Assembly: GCA_903930515.1 (NCBI GenBank)
Contig: CAIYYW010000310.1
Location: forward strand, 1-43,576
Reading direction: 5' to 3'
Source: an uncultured delta proteobacterium
GTDB taxonomy: Bacteria; RBG-13-61-14; DRUE01
Length of the DNA: 43,576 nt
Positions 1 through 9,472 of the stretch are shown piece after piece; the stretch's first letter is position 1; each line of letters begins with the position of its first letter. The translations under genes were made by a program, and so were the position numbers. Under the pieces are notes generated by a model. The model worked only from the letters and a program-made list of their open reading frames with translations. It had not been told where the DNA came from and made no database searches.

Positions 1-65
1 CATCTTGCGAATTTTTTGCGGGTCCGCCTTTCCCTGGAGAATCAATTCACCGCAAATTCCGCACA

Positions 66-1193
66 TCAGGATCGCTCCTTGGTCAACTCTTGGTAAAGCG
101 CAAGATACGATTCAAGCATTTGCTCCAGGCCGAATTCGCGTCCGGCCCTTTCCTTCGCCTTCGCTCCCAATGCCATTGCCAGAGCCGGCTCTCGGAGCAG
201 ACGGCTGATCGCGCGGCTCAGCGCCGATTCATCCTCGGCCGGAACCAGCAGCCCCTCTTTCCCGTCTTCCATCAGCTCCGGCACCCCGCCGACTTTTGCC
301 GCGACAATTGCCTTCCCCGCGGCCATCGCCTGCATCAACGCCACGGGCATTGCTTCAATCCGGCTGGGAAGCGCGAACAAATTGAATAAGGAAAGATATT
401 GTTCCGGCTCGGGCAGGAATCCCGCGAACCTGACCCGGTTGGAAATGCCGAGATTTTTAGACATCTGTTCCAGCTTGCTTTTTTCCGGGCCGTCCCCGAT
501 GATCACCAAGTCCAAGTCCGGGAATTCCCCGGCCAGGGAATGGAACGCCCGGACCAAAAGGTCTATCCCTTTTTCCCGGTGCAGCCGGGCAATGGCCCCG
601 ATATTTCTCGCGCCGGGCTTAATCCCCAATTTTTCCCGCAAATTACTTTGCGCCGGGACATTATCCGGCAAGGGAATCCCGTTTTTGATCACCGATATTT
701 TATCCGCGGGGATGGAATAATTTTTCACGCAAAATATTTTCAACGCCCCCGAAACCACAATATATTTCCGGGCCAGGGACGAGGTGAGCATTTCCGCGAC
801 GGCTTTTAACCGGGCCCGGTCAAAGGTGTGGATGGCGCAAAGGATGGTTTTGCTCCCGGAGATTTTTCCGGTCAGCTTGGCCATCAGGTTGCCCTGGAAT
901 AATATTCCCTGAACCAGGTCGGGCTTGCATTTGCGGAGGTCGGAGCTGATGCTGAGAAATACCGGCAGCAGGCGTAAAACATATGCCGGATTGATTTTCT
1001 GGCCAAGCCCGTAGCTCTTCACCGGCACTCCCAGTTCTTCAATCAGCTTTGCAAAATGGCCTTTCCGTTTCAGCGTCAGGACCTGGATCTGGAATTTGGG
1101 AGCGAGCCCCCGGCACAACTCATACAAGACCTGCTCGGCGCCGCCGAAGTCCAGGTCGGTGATGAGGAAGGTTATTTTTGCCCGCTCATCCAT
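66..1193 (-). CDS. glycosyltransferase, family 4-like (GT-B fold)
   Basis: 375-aa ORF. N-terminal ITDLDFGGAEQ and C-terminal PSRIEAMPVALMQAMAAGKAIV segments are typical of GT4/GT1 enzymes. Its start overlaps the upstream GT2 gene by 22 nt. Confidence 0.85.
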   Translation of the reverse strand: MDERAKITFLITDLDFGGAEQVLYELCRGLAPKFQIQVLTLKRKGHFAKLIEELGVPVKSYGLGQKINPAYVLRLLPVFLSISSDLRKCKPDLVQGILFQGNLMAKLTGKISGSKTILCAIHTFDRARLKAVAEMLTSSLARKYIVVSGALKIFCVKNYSIPADKISVIKNGIPLPDNVPAQSNLREKLGIKPGARNIGAIARLHREKGIDLLVRAFHSLAGEFPDLDLVIIGDGPEKSKLEQMSKNLGISNRVRFAGFLPEPEQYLSLFNLFALPSRIEAMPVALMQAMAAGKAIVAAKVGGVPELMEDGKEGLLVPAEDESALSRAISRLLREPALAMALGAKAKERAGREFGLEQMLESYLALYQELTKERS

Positions 1194-2095
1194 TTCTTTA
1201 CCATTCTCCTAAACTTGATCAAGCTATTCAGCCCCGCCGGAGGGACCAGGCTTAAAAGCCATCCCATCCCAATGCGAAGGTTGAGGGGGAAGCCGCTCAT
1301 AGCTGCGCGAAACCTCTGCCTCGCTTCGGGAGCATGTCCCGCAGCCAGAAACCTGATTCCGCTGTCGCAGTAAAGGTTGGAAAGCGCCCGGCTCTTGAGC
1401 CGATCCAATTCCGGGTTGCGGGCAAGGGCATCATTTAAAATTTGAATTGTAATCTCCTCGGCTTGAGCGGTCTTGCTCTGGAGCGCGCTCTCCGGGTGCT
1501 TGCGGTATTCCAGTCCAACCCAAGGATAGCGGACCAGCGATCCGTATCGGGTCGCGCGCATCCACAAATCCCAGTCGGCGAAATGTTTCCAGGGATGATA
1601 CCATTCTCCCTGCTCGAACAATTTCATTCGGATGATGGTTCCCGAATTGATCAGGAAATTGCCCATCAGCAAATTTTCCAGGTTTGCCCGGGGCCGGGTT
1701 TTCTGGAGATAGAGCCTTTTCCCTCGGGGGTCAATGATCCAGGCATCCCCGTAAAAAAGGATGGCCTCGGGATGCGCTTTTTCAAATTCGGCGATTTGCC
1801 GGAGATGTCCCGGCAGATACCGATCATCCCCATCCAGCAACGCGATTAATTCCCCCCGGGCGCTTCTAATTCCGGTGTTCCGAGCTTCTCCTTCCCCTTT
1901 ATTCTCCTGGCGCAACACGGTAATCCGGCCGGCGTAAGCCTGCAAAATCTCCGCGCTCCGGTCAGTGGATCCGTCGTTCACCACCACCACCTCAAAGGCA
2001 ACCCCCTTCTGCGCCAAAACGCTTTCCAACGCCTCGGCGATATACTTCTCCTGGTTATAAACCGGAATCACCACACTGATTAACGGCTGGCTCAT
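1172..2095 (-). CDS. glycosyltransferase, family 2
   Basis: 307-aa ORF starting ISVVIPVYNQEKYIAEALESVLAQ, with a DGSTD and a LDGDD (DxD-type) motif, classic for GT2. 4-nt overlap with the upstream flippase gene. Confidence 0.9.
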   Translation of the reverse strand: MSQPLISVVIPVYNQEKYIAEALESVLAQKGVAFEVVVVNDGSTDRSAEILQAYAGRITVLRQENKGEGEARNTGIRSARGELIALLDGDDRYLPGHLRQIAEFEKAHPEAILFYGDAWIIDPRGKRLYLQKTRPRANLENLLMGNFLINSGTIIRMKLFEQGEWYHPWKHFADWDLWMRATRYGSLVRYPWVGLEYRKHPESALQSKTAQAEEITIQILNDALARNPELDRLKSRALSNLYCDSGIRFLAAGHAPEARQRFRAAMSGFPLNLRIGMGWLLSLVPPAGLNSLIKFRRMVKKWMSGQK

Positions 2096-3522
2096 TTCGT
2101 TTTCAGTCCCACCGCCTGATAAAATAATTTTAGATCGCCCTGATTGATGGTCCGGGTGAGCAGGAGCAAAACCAAATAAGCCGCAAGCATCACCGGTCCA
2201 AAGATCAACAGTTTCAGCTCCAGCGTCCGCGAGACTGCCACCAGGGCCGCGGCCAGGACCACCGGCCAGGCCGAGGCTTTGAGCATCAGGAGGAAGTCCG
2301 GGCGAAAGGCCGGGAGCGCGCCGGCTAATAGGACCTGGGTGATAAAGGCGGCAAAGGTGGCGAAGCCGGCTCCGGCGATTCCGTAGATGGGGATCAAGAT
2401 CAGGTTGAGCGCGACATTTACCGCGGCGCCGGCGCCGTTGACCCAGAGCCAGGCTTTTTCTTTTCCACGCGAGAGCGCGGCGTTGAACAGGCCGTAGTAG
2501 AGAAAGATGAAGACCACTGCCGTGCTCAGCCAGAAGAGCGCGGTGTCGGCTTCCATAAAATCGGGTCCGAAGAGGAGGGAGAGGATTTGGCGGCTGAACC
2601 CGCCGAAGATGATCCAGGCGATAACCACGATGATGGTGTTATATTTATAACTGTAATGGTTGGCCTTCTCGAATGAGCGGCCGGACTCGCCCAGGTATTT
2701 GACCAGCAGGGGAAAAACCGTGAGGTACCAGGAAACGGGGATCAGCACCAGGTAATCGGTGAGATTGGCGCAGCTGCCGTAAAGCCCGACCTGGCGGGCG
2801 CCCAGGAACTGGTAGATGATCAGTTGGTCTATCCGGCTGATCACCATAATGAAGACATTGTTGAGCAGGAGGATCCAACTGGCGCGGAAGATTCCCCGGA
2901 CTTCGTGAACGGAAAAATTAAAATCCGGCCGGTATTCTTTCTTTTCCAGGCTGAGCAATGAAAAGAATAATAACTGGACCAGCCGGTATCCGAGATAAAT
3001 CCAGAAGAAAGGGAACAGGCCGAGCCGGATCAGGATGGCGATGGCGCGGCCGGATTGATAGAGGATGGCGCTTAAGCCGTCGGCCACGCTCGGCCGGAGC
3101 AGGCGCAACTCGATCTGGTGGGGCACCTGCAGGATGAAGGAGGCGTTTCCGAGCAGGCCGAGCAGGACGATGGACAGGAAGAAAACCGTCCGGGGCGGAT
3201 ATCCGAGCAGGACCGCGGCGGTGATTCCGGAAACCCATCCCAGCAGGGCCAGCCCGATCTTGATCGCCAGGCCGGCGCCGAGATATTTCCGGGTCAGCGC
3301 CGGGAATAACACCGCTTCCCGCGCCACCACCAGCTCGATCATCGGAGGGGTGAAGACATTGAGGAAAGTGAACCAGGCGAATACCAGGCTGTACACCCCG
3401 AAATTTTCCGTGCCCAAATATCGGATCAGCCAGATGGTGACCAGGAACCCGAGCAGGGAGGCGGACAGCCGCTCGAAGAGGATGATGGAATTATTGAGCG
3501 CGACTTTCCGGACCAGGCTCAT
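2092..3522 (-). CDS. polysaccharide/oligosaccharide flippase (Wzx/MOP superfamily-like), polytopic membrane protein
   Basis: 476-aa, highly hydrophobic, about 12-14 predicted TM segments. The N-terminus (NSIILFERLSASLLGFLVTIWLIRYLGTENFGVYS) is typical of polysaccharide biosynthesis (PST/Wzx) proteins. Confidence 0.8.
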   Translation of the reverse strand: MSLVRKVALNNSIILFERLSASLLGFLVTIWLIRYLGTENFGVYSLVFAWFTFLNVFTPPMIELVVAREAVLFPALTRKYLGAGLAIKIGLALLGWVSGITAAVLLGYPPRTVFFLSIVLLGLLGNASFILQVPHQIELRLLRPSVADGLSAILYQSGRAIAILIRLGLFPFFWIYLGYRLVQLLFFSLLSLEKKEYRPDFNFSVHEVRGIFRASWILLLNNVFIMVISRIDQLIIYQFLGARQVGLYGSCANLTDYLVLIPVSWYLTVFPLLVKYLGESGRSFEKANHYSYKYNTIIVVIAWIIFGGFSRQILSLLFGPDFMEADTALFWLSTAVVFIFLYYGLFNAALSRGKEKAWLWVNGAGAAVNVALNLILIPIYGIAGAGFATFAAFITQVLLAGALPAFRPDFLLMLKASAWPVVLAAALVAVSRTLELKLLIFGPVMLAAYLVLLLLTRTINQGDLKLFYQAVGLKTK

Positions 3523-5423
3523 TTCTCTGATTCCTTTGAATATTTTTCCAGGAGTTTGCCCGCATCCAAGTCCCGATATTTTTCCGAAAGCTCCTTCAGG
3601 ATCTCCAACATCTCCCTCTGCTGCCCCCGGGACAGCTTAATCCGGGCCAGTTCCCATAAGGCGGCCTGGTGATCTCCCGAGACCGCAAGGGCCTTCCGGG
3701 CAAAAGTTTCCGCCTGGACCGGGTCTCCGTTCAGGCGGTGGATCCGGGCCATCCGGACCAGCATTTCCAGGTTGTTGGGATATAATTCCAAGCCGCGTTG
3801 ATATTCCATTTCCGCGGACCGGATCCGGCCCTGCTTGAAATAATAATCAGCCAGACGCTTATGCCAGAACGCAAAACGGGGATTAAGGCCGATCGCCTTC
3901 TGAAAATATTCCTCCACCAGCGATTCCTTCTCTCCTTTTTGGGTCGCGCTGAAAGCCAGGAGTGCGTAAGCGTAATCATCGCCCGGAATTATTGACAGGG
4001 CCTTTTGGGCATAAGAGCGGCCCTGGTTGAGATCGCGCGCGTTGAAAAAAGATTGAGCCTTCAGGATCGCCCTTTGCTCGGCGAACACCCATCCGGCCCC
4101 CAGGCCGAGGACGGCGATCAGGAGCGCGAGGCCGGCCCGGGAGAGCCGGGATACTTTTTGGGATGAGGCGGGGAAGAGTTGGATCGTGATCGCGGCGAGC
4201 AGGGCGAAAGAGAGCGAAGCCAGCTCCGGGGCGTAGAGATCGAAATCCCAAAGCCAGTGAGACCAGAGGACCAACAGAGCGGCAAAGATGCTGTTCAGGA
4301 GAGGGTCTTTCCGGGCAAGAATTTTTCGGAACGCGAGCAAGGGAGATAAAATCAGCGCCAGCAATCCGGCTAACGCGGCCGGGCCGGCCTCGGCCAGGAC
4401 CTGGATGAAATTGTTGTGCGCGTACCTGACTTCGTTGGACCGGGCCTGTCGGTATTTGGGATAGGCGATCCAGAAATTGCCCAGCCCGACTCCGAGCCAG
4501 GGCTTTTCGCGAAAGACCTGAAGGCCGGCCTGGAAATTATAAAGTCTTAGGATAACCGGGTTGGATTCGCCCTGAAAGATATTCGCCCTCCGGCGATAAG
4601 CGAAGATGGATAGGACCGAGGCCGCGGTCAAAAAGATCAGGATCAAGGAGACGATATTTTTTTTGGAAAAGAGGGAACTGGAAAACCGGAGCGCGACCAG
4701 GACGGCGATCCCGATCAGGAAGGAAAGGAATCCGCCGATGGATTTGGACAGGAGCATCGGGATCAAAAGCAAAAGCGCGATCAGGGAGGCCGCACTTAGA
4801 TAAAGGCTTTGTTGCTTTCGGCCGGACCGGACATTTTTTTCAACCAGTCCGATCCAGAGGATCAGGGCTGCGGCGAGGAATACGGAGAAGAAATCCGGGG
4901 AAAAGGTCAGTCCGAAAATTCTTTTCATTCCAACCTGTTCCAAACCGGCCAGGTTGGCGTTCCCGCTGATTTGCACCATGCTCTCCAGGCCTCCGAAGTA
5001 TTGCCGAAGCCCGGCCAGGGATTGGATGATGGCGGCGAGGATAATGATGGAAAGCAATTGATCCGGTTCCTGATGGTTCAGTATTTCCAGGCCGGAGAGC
5101 AGGATAAACAAATAACCCAGGAAGATCACCAGTTCTCGGCCGCTGGAAAGGGGCTGGATGCCGAAGGGCATAGACAGGATCAAGGAGGCGAAGAACAATC
5201 CCAAGCCGATCTTGAGCAGGCGGGGGATGGGGAAAGCGGATTTGGAAAAAAGCAGCGCCAGGAGATATGCGAGGGAGAACCAGGCCAGGAAGATATAATT
5301 GGACCAGTAATAAATCCGGCCGGAGATCAGGCATCGCAGGAGCAGGCCGGACAAGAAAAATATTTCCAGGAATTTGGGCGCGGAATTTTCATCCAATTTT
5401 TTTCCCGCCAAAGGCTCAGGCAA
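3519..5423 (-). CDS. O-antigen ligase/polymerase-like (Wzy_C-type) membrane protein fused to C-terminal TPR repeats
   Basis: 634-aa ORF. The N-terminal ~430 aa are polytopic, with a large loop typical of the O-antigen ligase family. The C-terminal ~190 aa show TPR-like repeats (e.g. AEMEYQRGLELYPNNLEMLVRMARIH, AETFARKALAVSGDHQAAL). Confidence 0.75.
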   Translation of the reverse strand: MPEPLAGKKLDENSAPKFLEIFFLSGLLLRCLISGRIYYWSNYIFLAWFSLAYLLALLFSKSAFPIPRLLKIGLGLFFASLILSMPFGIQPLSSGRELVIFLGYLFILLSGLEILNHQEPDQLLSIIILAAIIQSLAGLRQYFGGLESMVQISGNANLAGLEQVGMKRIFGLTFSPDFFSVFLAAALILWIGLVEKNVRSGRKQQSLYLSAASLIALLLLIPMLLSKSIGGFLSFLIGIAVLVALRFSSSLFSKKNIVSLILIFLTAASVLSIFAYRRRANIFQGESNPVILRLYNFQAGLQVFREKPWLGVGLGNFWIAYPKYRQARSNEVRYAHNNFIQVLAEAGPAALAGLLALILSPLLAFRKILARKDPLLNSIFAALLVLWSHWLWDFDLYAPELASLSFALLAAITIQLFPASSQKVSRLSRAGLALLIAVLGLGAGWVFAEQRAILKAQSFFNARDLNQGRSYAQKALSIIPGDDYAYALLAFSATQKGEKESLVEEYFQKAIGLNPRFAFWHKRLADYYFKQGRIRSAEMEYQRGLELYPNNLEMLVRMARIHRLNGDPVQAETFARKALAVSGDHQAALWELARIKLSRGQQREMLEILKELSEKYRDLDAGKLLEKYSKESEK

Positions 5424-6183
5424 AATCCCTCCGATCCAGGATCAGGCCGGCCAGGACCAGGATCAAGGCCGCGGTGAGAATCCCGAGCAGGATAGCGAGG
5501 GCGAAAGCGCGCGCCGGCATAATGTCCCCGTAAGTGGCGTTCTCTAGCCAGCTATAGTTGGACAGGTTGGGGAGGGCGTAATAAAGGGCCTGGCTGAAAT
5601 ATCTCAGAGCGGGTTTTCCCGCGTGCTCTCCGAAGGACTTGATGTCTGCGGTGAGATGTCCGATCACGAACAGGGAAAGGGTGAAGATGGCGGAAAGGGT
5701 GGGGGTGGTGAAGGTTGAGAAGAACAGCGCGATCGCCACCACGATCAGGAGCTTGACCAGGATCAGGATCAGGGCTTGGGCCTGGGACCAGGTGAAATGC
5801 CCGCCCAGGTAATACAGCACGACTAAATAAACCGCAACCATAATCGCCAGGTTGACCAGGATGGTCACAACCAGGCCGAGATATTTTCCCAGCATAAACG
5901 CCGACCGGGACACCGGCTTGGAGAGCAGGGCGTAAATGGTTCGGCGCTCGATCTCCTTGCTCACCAGGGAGATTCCGAGGAAGATGGCGATCAAACTTCC
6001 GAAGATGGAAATGCCGTTCAGTCCCACATCAATGGCGATCCGGTCCCATTCTCCGGTGGAAAGCTGCACCAGGGCGATGGACATCAGGATCATAATCAGG
6101 GCGAAGACGAGCAGGTTATACAGGATTCGGTCCCGGATATTTTCCCGGAAGGTGTTGAGGGCGATCACCCAGATTTTTTTCAT
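5416..6183 (-). CDS. ABC-2 type transporter permease
   Basis: 255-aa ORF with 6 predicted TM segments. The N-terminus (KIWVIALNTFRENIRDRILYN) is typical of ABC-2/NosY-like permeases. 4-nt overlap with the upstream ATPase gene. Confidence 0.85.
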   Translation of the reverse strand: MKKIWVIALNTFRENIRDRILYNLLVFALIMILMSIALVQLSTGEWDRIAIDVGLNGISIFGSLIAIFLGISLVSKEIERRTIYALLSKPVSRSAFMLGKYLGLVVTILVNLAIMVAVYLVVLYYLGGHFTWSQAQALILILVKLLIVVAIALFFSTFTTPTLSAIFTLSLFVIGHLTADIKSFGEHAGKPALRYFSQALYYALPNLSNYSWLENATYGDIMPARAFALAILLGILTAALILVLAGLILDRRDFA

Positions 6184-7118
6184 TCCTGCTTGCTCGCCTC
6201 CACGATTTTCCAGAAATAATCCTCCAGGCTTTGCCGATGCGCGAAATATTCCTGGAGCGATCCTCCCCGGTCCAGGATGGTTTTTACCAGCGTCATGGAT
6301 TTTTCTTCGTCGGTCATCCGGATCAGGGCCTGATCCGCCTGCCAGGACAGGGTCAGCTCCCCGGCCCGGGCTTTCCCTTCCAGGTCTTGCTTCAGGTCCG
6401 GCGATTTAATCCGGGCCTGGATTTCCCAGCTCTGGATGGTCGCGGAAGAGAGCTCCCGCACCGGCCCCACCTTGAGCAGCTTTCCCTGGTGGATGATCCC
6501 GACCCGGTTGCAGATCACTTCCACATCGCTCAAGATATGGGTGTTGAAAAAGACCGTCTTGCCCTCCTGGCCCAGACGCGCGATCAAGTCCCGGATTTCC
6601 TTCCGGCCGATCGGGTCCAGCCCGCTCATCGGCTCGTCCAGGATCACCAGCTCCGGATCGTTGATCAGTGCCTGGGCCAGCCCGATCCTCTGGAGCATGC
6701 CCTTGGAATATTTACGCAGCGCCAGATCCCTCGCCCGGTTCAGCCCGACCTGGTCCAGCAGGCGATTGACGCGCGATCGGCGCTCCCGATGACTGAGCGG
6801 GAAGAAGCGGGCGCATAAATTCAGGAATTCCTCGCCGGAAAGATACTGGTAAAAATCCGGCTGTTCGGGCAGGAACCCGATCCGGTTTTTGCTCTCCACC
6901 GTTCCCGCGGGCTTGCCCATCAGAAAGGCCTTGCCGGAGCCGGGCTTGAGCAGTCCGGCCAGGATTTTGATGGTGGTGCTTTTACCCGCGCCGTTGGGTC
7001 CGAGGAACCCGAAGATTTCTCCCTTTCCAACCTCCAGGCTCAATCCCTGCAGGGCCTTCACCTGCTTCCGGAAAAAGCCGGAGTAAAAAGTCTTATGCAA
7101 GTTTTCGATTCTGATCAT
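6180..7118 (-). CDS. ABC transporter ATP-binding protein
   Basis: 312-aa ORF with Walker A GPNGAGKST, signature-like YSKGMLQR and Walker B LVILDEP. Confidence 0.93.
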   Translation of the reverse strand: MIRIENLHKTFYSGFFRKQVKALQGLSLEVGKGEIFGFLGPNGAGKSTTIKILAGLLKPGSGKAFLMGKPAGTVESKNRIGFLPEQPDFYQYLSGEEFLNLCARFFPLSHRERRSRVNRLLDQVGLNRARDLALRKYSKGMLQRIGLAQALINDPELVILDEPMSGLDPIGRKEIRDLIARLGQEGKTVFFNTHILSDVEVICNRVGIIHQGKLLKVGPVRELSSATIQSWEIQARIKSPDLKQDLEGKARAGELTLSWQADQALIRMTDEEKSMTLVKTILDRGGSLQEYFAHRQSLEDYFWKIVEASKQE

Positions 7119-7987
7119 TTTTCAAATGCCTTGGGACGATATACCCCCAGGTAATATTCTTTGGTGCTCCGCGCCTGATGGGTTCCCGCGTCTATATAAT
7201 ATTGTCCGCCAAACGGGTCCGAAGGCAATTGCGACGGAGCGATCAAGCCGGAATCCGTCAGGTCCTGAATCCGGTTTGGGTATTTCTGATAGGTTTGATT
7301 ATACTCCGCGATTTTTTGATTGAGGAAATCCAATTGCTTCCTTTGCTGGATCCCGTTCGTCATATCCTGGATGGAATTGCTCCAGGCTTGGTTCCGGCTG
7401 CCCTTGGACAGTTCGTCCAGGATGGATTGACTCAGTTCCAGGTTTCCCTTCTCGGCCAAAATCCGCGTGGCCAAAAGCCCGTACGGCCGGTAGCCGGAAA
7501 GCTGGTAGGCTTTCCGGAAAGATTCCGCGGCCCTCTGGGTGTCGCCGATAAAATAGTAATTGACGATCCCGAGCAGGAACGCGATATCCTTGCTGGCGGG
7601 GAGGTTCTTTTCCCCTTTTTCCAGGAGTGCCAGGTTTTTCGCCGGGTTGATCTGATTGACGATCATAATCACTGACGGATAATAATAGGCTTCCAGGAAC
7701 CGGGGAGAGAGGTCGGTCACGAAATCCGCGTAACGGCAGATCTCGACCGGCGGGTTTTTTTGAGCGAGGTTGGCTCCCAGGTACTGGATGGTTTTGAGCC
7801 AGTAAAAATCAGCGACCAAATTGATGTGTCCCAGGCTCAACGGCCGGACCAGGAAGGGCTTGGGAAAAATCAGCAGGGTCTGCTCCCGCGCCGTCTCGGT
7901 CTGGCCGCTCAGGTCCCTCCGGTTCTGGAGGAAGGCCATACTGGCGAATAGCAGGACGGCCAGAAGGGACATCGCCAACCGGTTCAT
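7115..7987 (-). CDS. secreted/periplasmic hypothetical protein with helical-repeat region and GspG-like C-terminal motif
   Basis: The ORF track gives 7115..8065. The internal Met at 7987 begins a signal-peptide-like MNRLAMSLLAVLLFASMAF and shares a TAATG stop/start overlap with the upstream gene. The C-terminus (YPNRIQDLTDSGLI...DPFGGQYYID) resembles the type II secretion pseudopilin G globular domain. Confidence 0.7.
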   Translation of the reverse strand: MNRLAMSLLAVLLFASMAFLQNRRDLSGQTETAREQTLLIFPKPFLVRPLSLGHINLVADFYWLKTIQYLGANLAQKNPPVEICRYADFVTDLSPRFLEAYYYPSVIMIVNQINPAKNLALLEKGEKNLPASKDIAFLLGIVNYYFIGDTQRAAESFRKAYQLSGYRPYGLLATRILAEKGNLELSQSILDELSKGSRNQAWSNSIQDMTNGIQQRKQLDFLNQKIAEYNQTYQKYPNRIQDLTDSGLIAPSQLPSDPFGGQYYIDAGTHQARSTKEYYLGVYRPKAFEK

Positions 7988-8538
7988 TATTTTTCCTCGA
8001 AGAACTCGGGCAGGAAATGGATTCCGAGCTCCACCGGTTTTTCCGGGCGGAGATGCGCGACCCATCTGCCCAGTTCCTGGGCCAGCAGTTCGGCGAGCTC
8101 AAACCCGGCATACAATTTTACCCGGTCCAGGGGCTGATCCACCAAGGCCCGGAGAACGGCCTCGGAAAATTCCTTGATCGTGAAATTCCCGCGGTAGAGG
8201 TCGCTGATCGCCAATCCGCAATTGCGGGCGCCGGCCCGGGCGAGCTTGCGGCAGGCCTGGTCCAGCCATCCCGCGACCTGATCGAGGCTCAGGTTCCGGC
8301 TTTGCTTGAGCGCGATCAGGAAAATCTGGGGGGCCAGTTGCCGGTTGAAATCAATCAGGAGCCAGTCTCCATTCCCTTCAAACAACTCCTGGAGCGCGAG
8401 CCCGCTGATCAATCCCTTGAGCCGGAAGTCCATCCGGCCGGTCTCTCCCCGCGGGGGCATCTGATCCAAAAAAACCGGCAGGGCGATGGTTTCCCGCAAC
8501 GACCAGTCCGGAGGGTAGGCGCAGGCGACGACCCTCAT
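7987..8538 (-). CDS. hypothetical protein (183 aa), no recognisable family
   Basis: Long ORF in the operon frame, 4-nt overlap with nusB upstream and 1-nt overlap with the downstream gene. No motif recognised by eye. Confidence 0.6.
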   Translation of the reverse strand: MRVVACAYPPDWSLRETIALPVFLDQMPPRGETGRMDFRLKGLISGLALQELFEGNGDWLLIDFNRQLAPQIFLIALKQSRNLSLDQVAGWLDQACRKLARAGARNCGLAISDLYRGNFTIKEFSEAVLRALVDQPLDRVKLYAGFELAELLAQELGRWVAHLRPEKPVELGIHFLPEFFEEK

Positions 8539-8972
8539 TGCCTTTCCACCTTGCGGATTTTGCCGGACTTGACCAGGCTTTTTAAAACCTGGTCCAGGAT
8601 CCCGTTGATGAAGGCGCCGGATTCGCTTGAGCCGAATTTTTTGCCCAGCTCGATCGCCTCGTCAATGGTCACCTTGCAGGGGATATCTTCCATTTCCAGC
8701 AATTCAAATATGGCCACGCGCAAAATATTACGGTCAATCCGGCTCATCCGGGACAGTTTCCAATGCTCGGAATGTTTTTCAATCAATTGATTTATTTCTT
8801 CCTGCCGGCGCCCCGTCCCCTCCACCAGTTTTTGGGAGAATTCCCGGGTTTCCTCGCCCACCTTCTGCTCCTCCCAGAACATCTCCAAGCCAGGCGCGTC
8901 CACGCCTGCGTGAAAATCCACCTGGTATAATGCCTGGAGCGCCAGCTCCCGGGCTTTGCGTCTTTTGCCCAT
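8535..8972 (-). CDS. nusB: transcription antitermination factor NusB
   Basis: 145-aa ORF. RKARELALQALYQVDF at the N-terminus and the central and C-terminal helices are typical of NusB. Sits in the conserved position after ribH. Confidence 0.93.
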   Translation of the reverse strand: MGKRRKARELALQALYQVDFHAGVDAPGLEMFWEEQKVGEETREFSQKLVEGTGRRQEEINQLIEKHSEHWKLSRMSRIDRNILRVAIFELLEMEDIPCKVTIDEAIELGKKFGSSESGAFINGILDQVLKSLVKSGKIRKVERQ

Positions 8973-9008
8973 TTTAGTTGGTTTTCAAGGAACTTAGACC
9001 ACGACTTT

Positions 9009-9470
9009 TCAAATTTGTTTGAAGATTTGGGCCAGCTCCACTGCAGACATCGCCGCGGCAAATCCTTTATTCCCGTTTTTGGTTCCCGCCCGCTCAATCG
9101 CCTGCTCGAGCGTATCCGCGGTGATCACCCCGAAAGTCACCGCCACTCCGGTTTCCATCCCGGTCTGGGCGATCCCCTTGGTCACTTCCGCGGCCAAATA
9201 TTCAAAATGAGGGGTCTGCCCCCGGATCAACGCTCCCAGGCAGATCACCGCGTCATATTTTCCGCTCTTGGCCAGCTTGTACCCGGCCTGGGGAATTTCA
9301 AACGAGCCCGGCACCCGCACCACCACGATCTCGTTCTTGTTGGCGCCCAGTCGCTCCAGCCCGTCCAGGCATCCCTCCAGGAGCCGGCTGGTGATCAGTT
9401 CATTGAACCGGCTGACCACCACTCCGAATTTCAGTCCCTTCGCCTCCAGCTTGCCAATTATCTCTTTCAA
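9009..9470 (-). CDS. ribH: 6,7-dimethyl-8-ribityllumazine synthase
   Basis: 153-aa [33 protein letters not shown] and [17 protein letters not shown] are characteristic of RibH. Confidence 0.95.
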   Translation of the reverse strand: MKEIIGKLEAKGLKFGVVVSRFNELITSRLLEGCLDGLERLGANKNEIVVVRVPGSFEIPQAGYKLAKSGKYDAVICLGALIRGQTPHFEYLAAEVTKGIAQTGMETGVAVTFGVITADTLEQAIERAGTKNGNKGFAAAMSAVELAQIFKQI

Positions 9471-9472
9471 GT

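Noticed and set aside
7988-8065. 26-aa N-terminal extension of the 7115..8065 ORF.
   Set aside because: The internal Met at 7987 starts a signal peptide and forms a TAATG junction with the upstream gene. The extension overlaps that gene.
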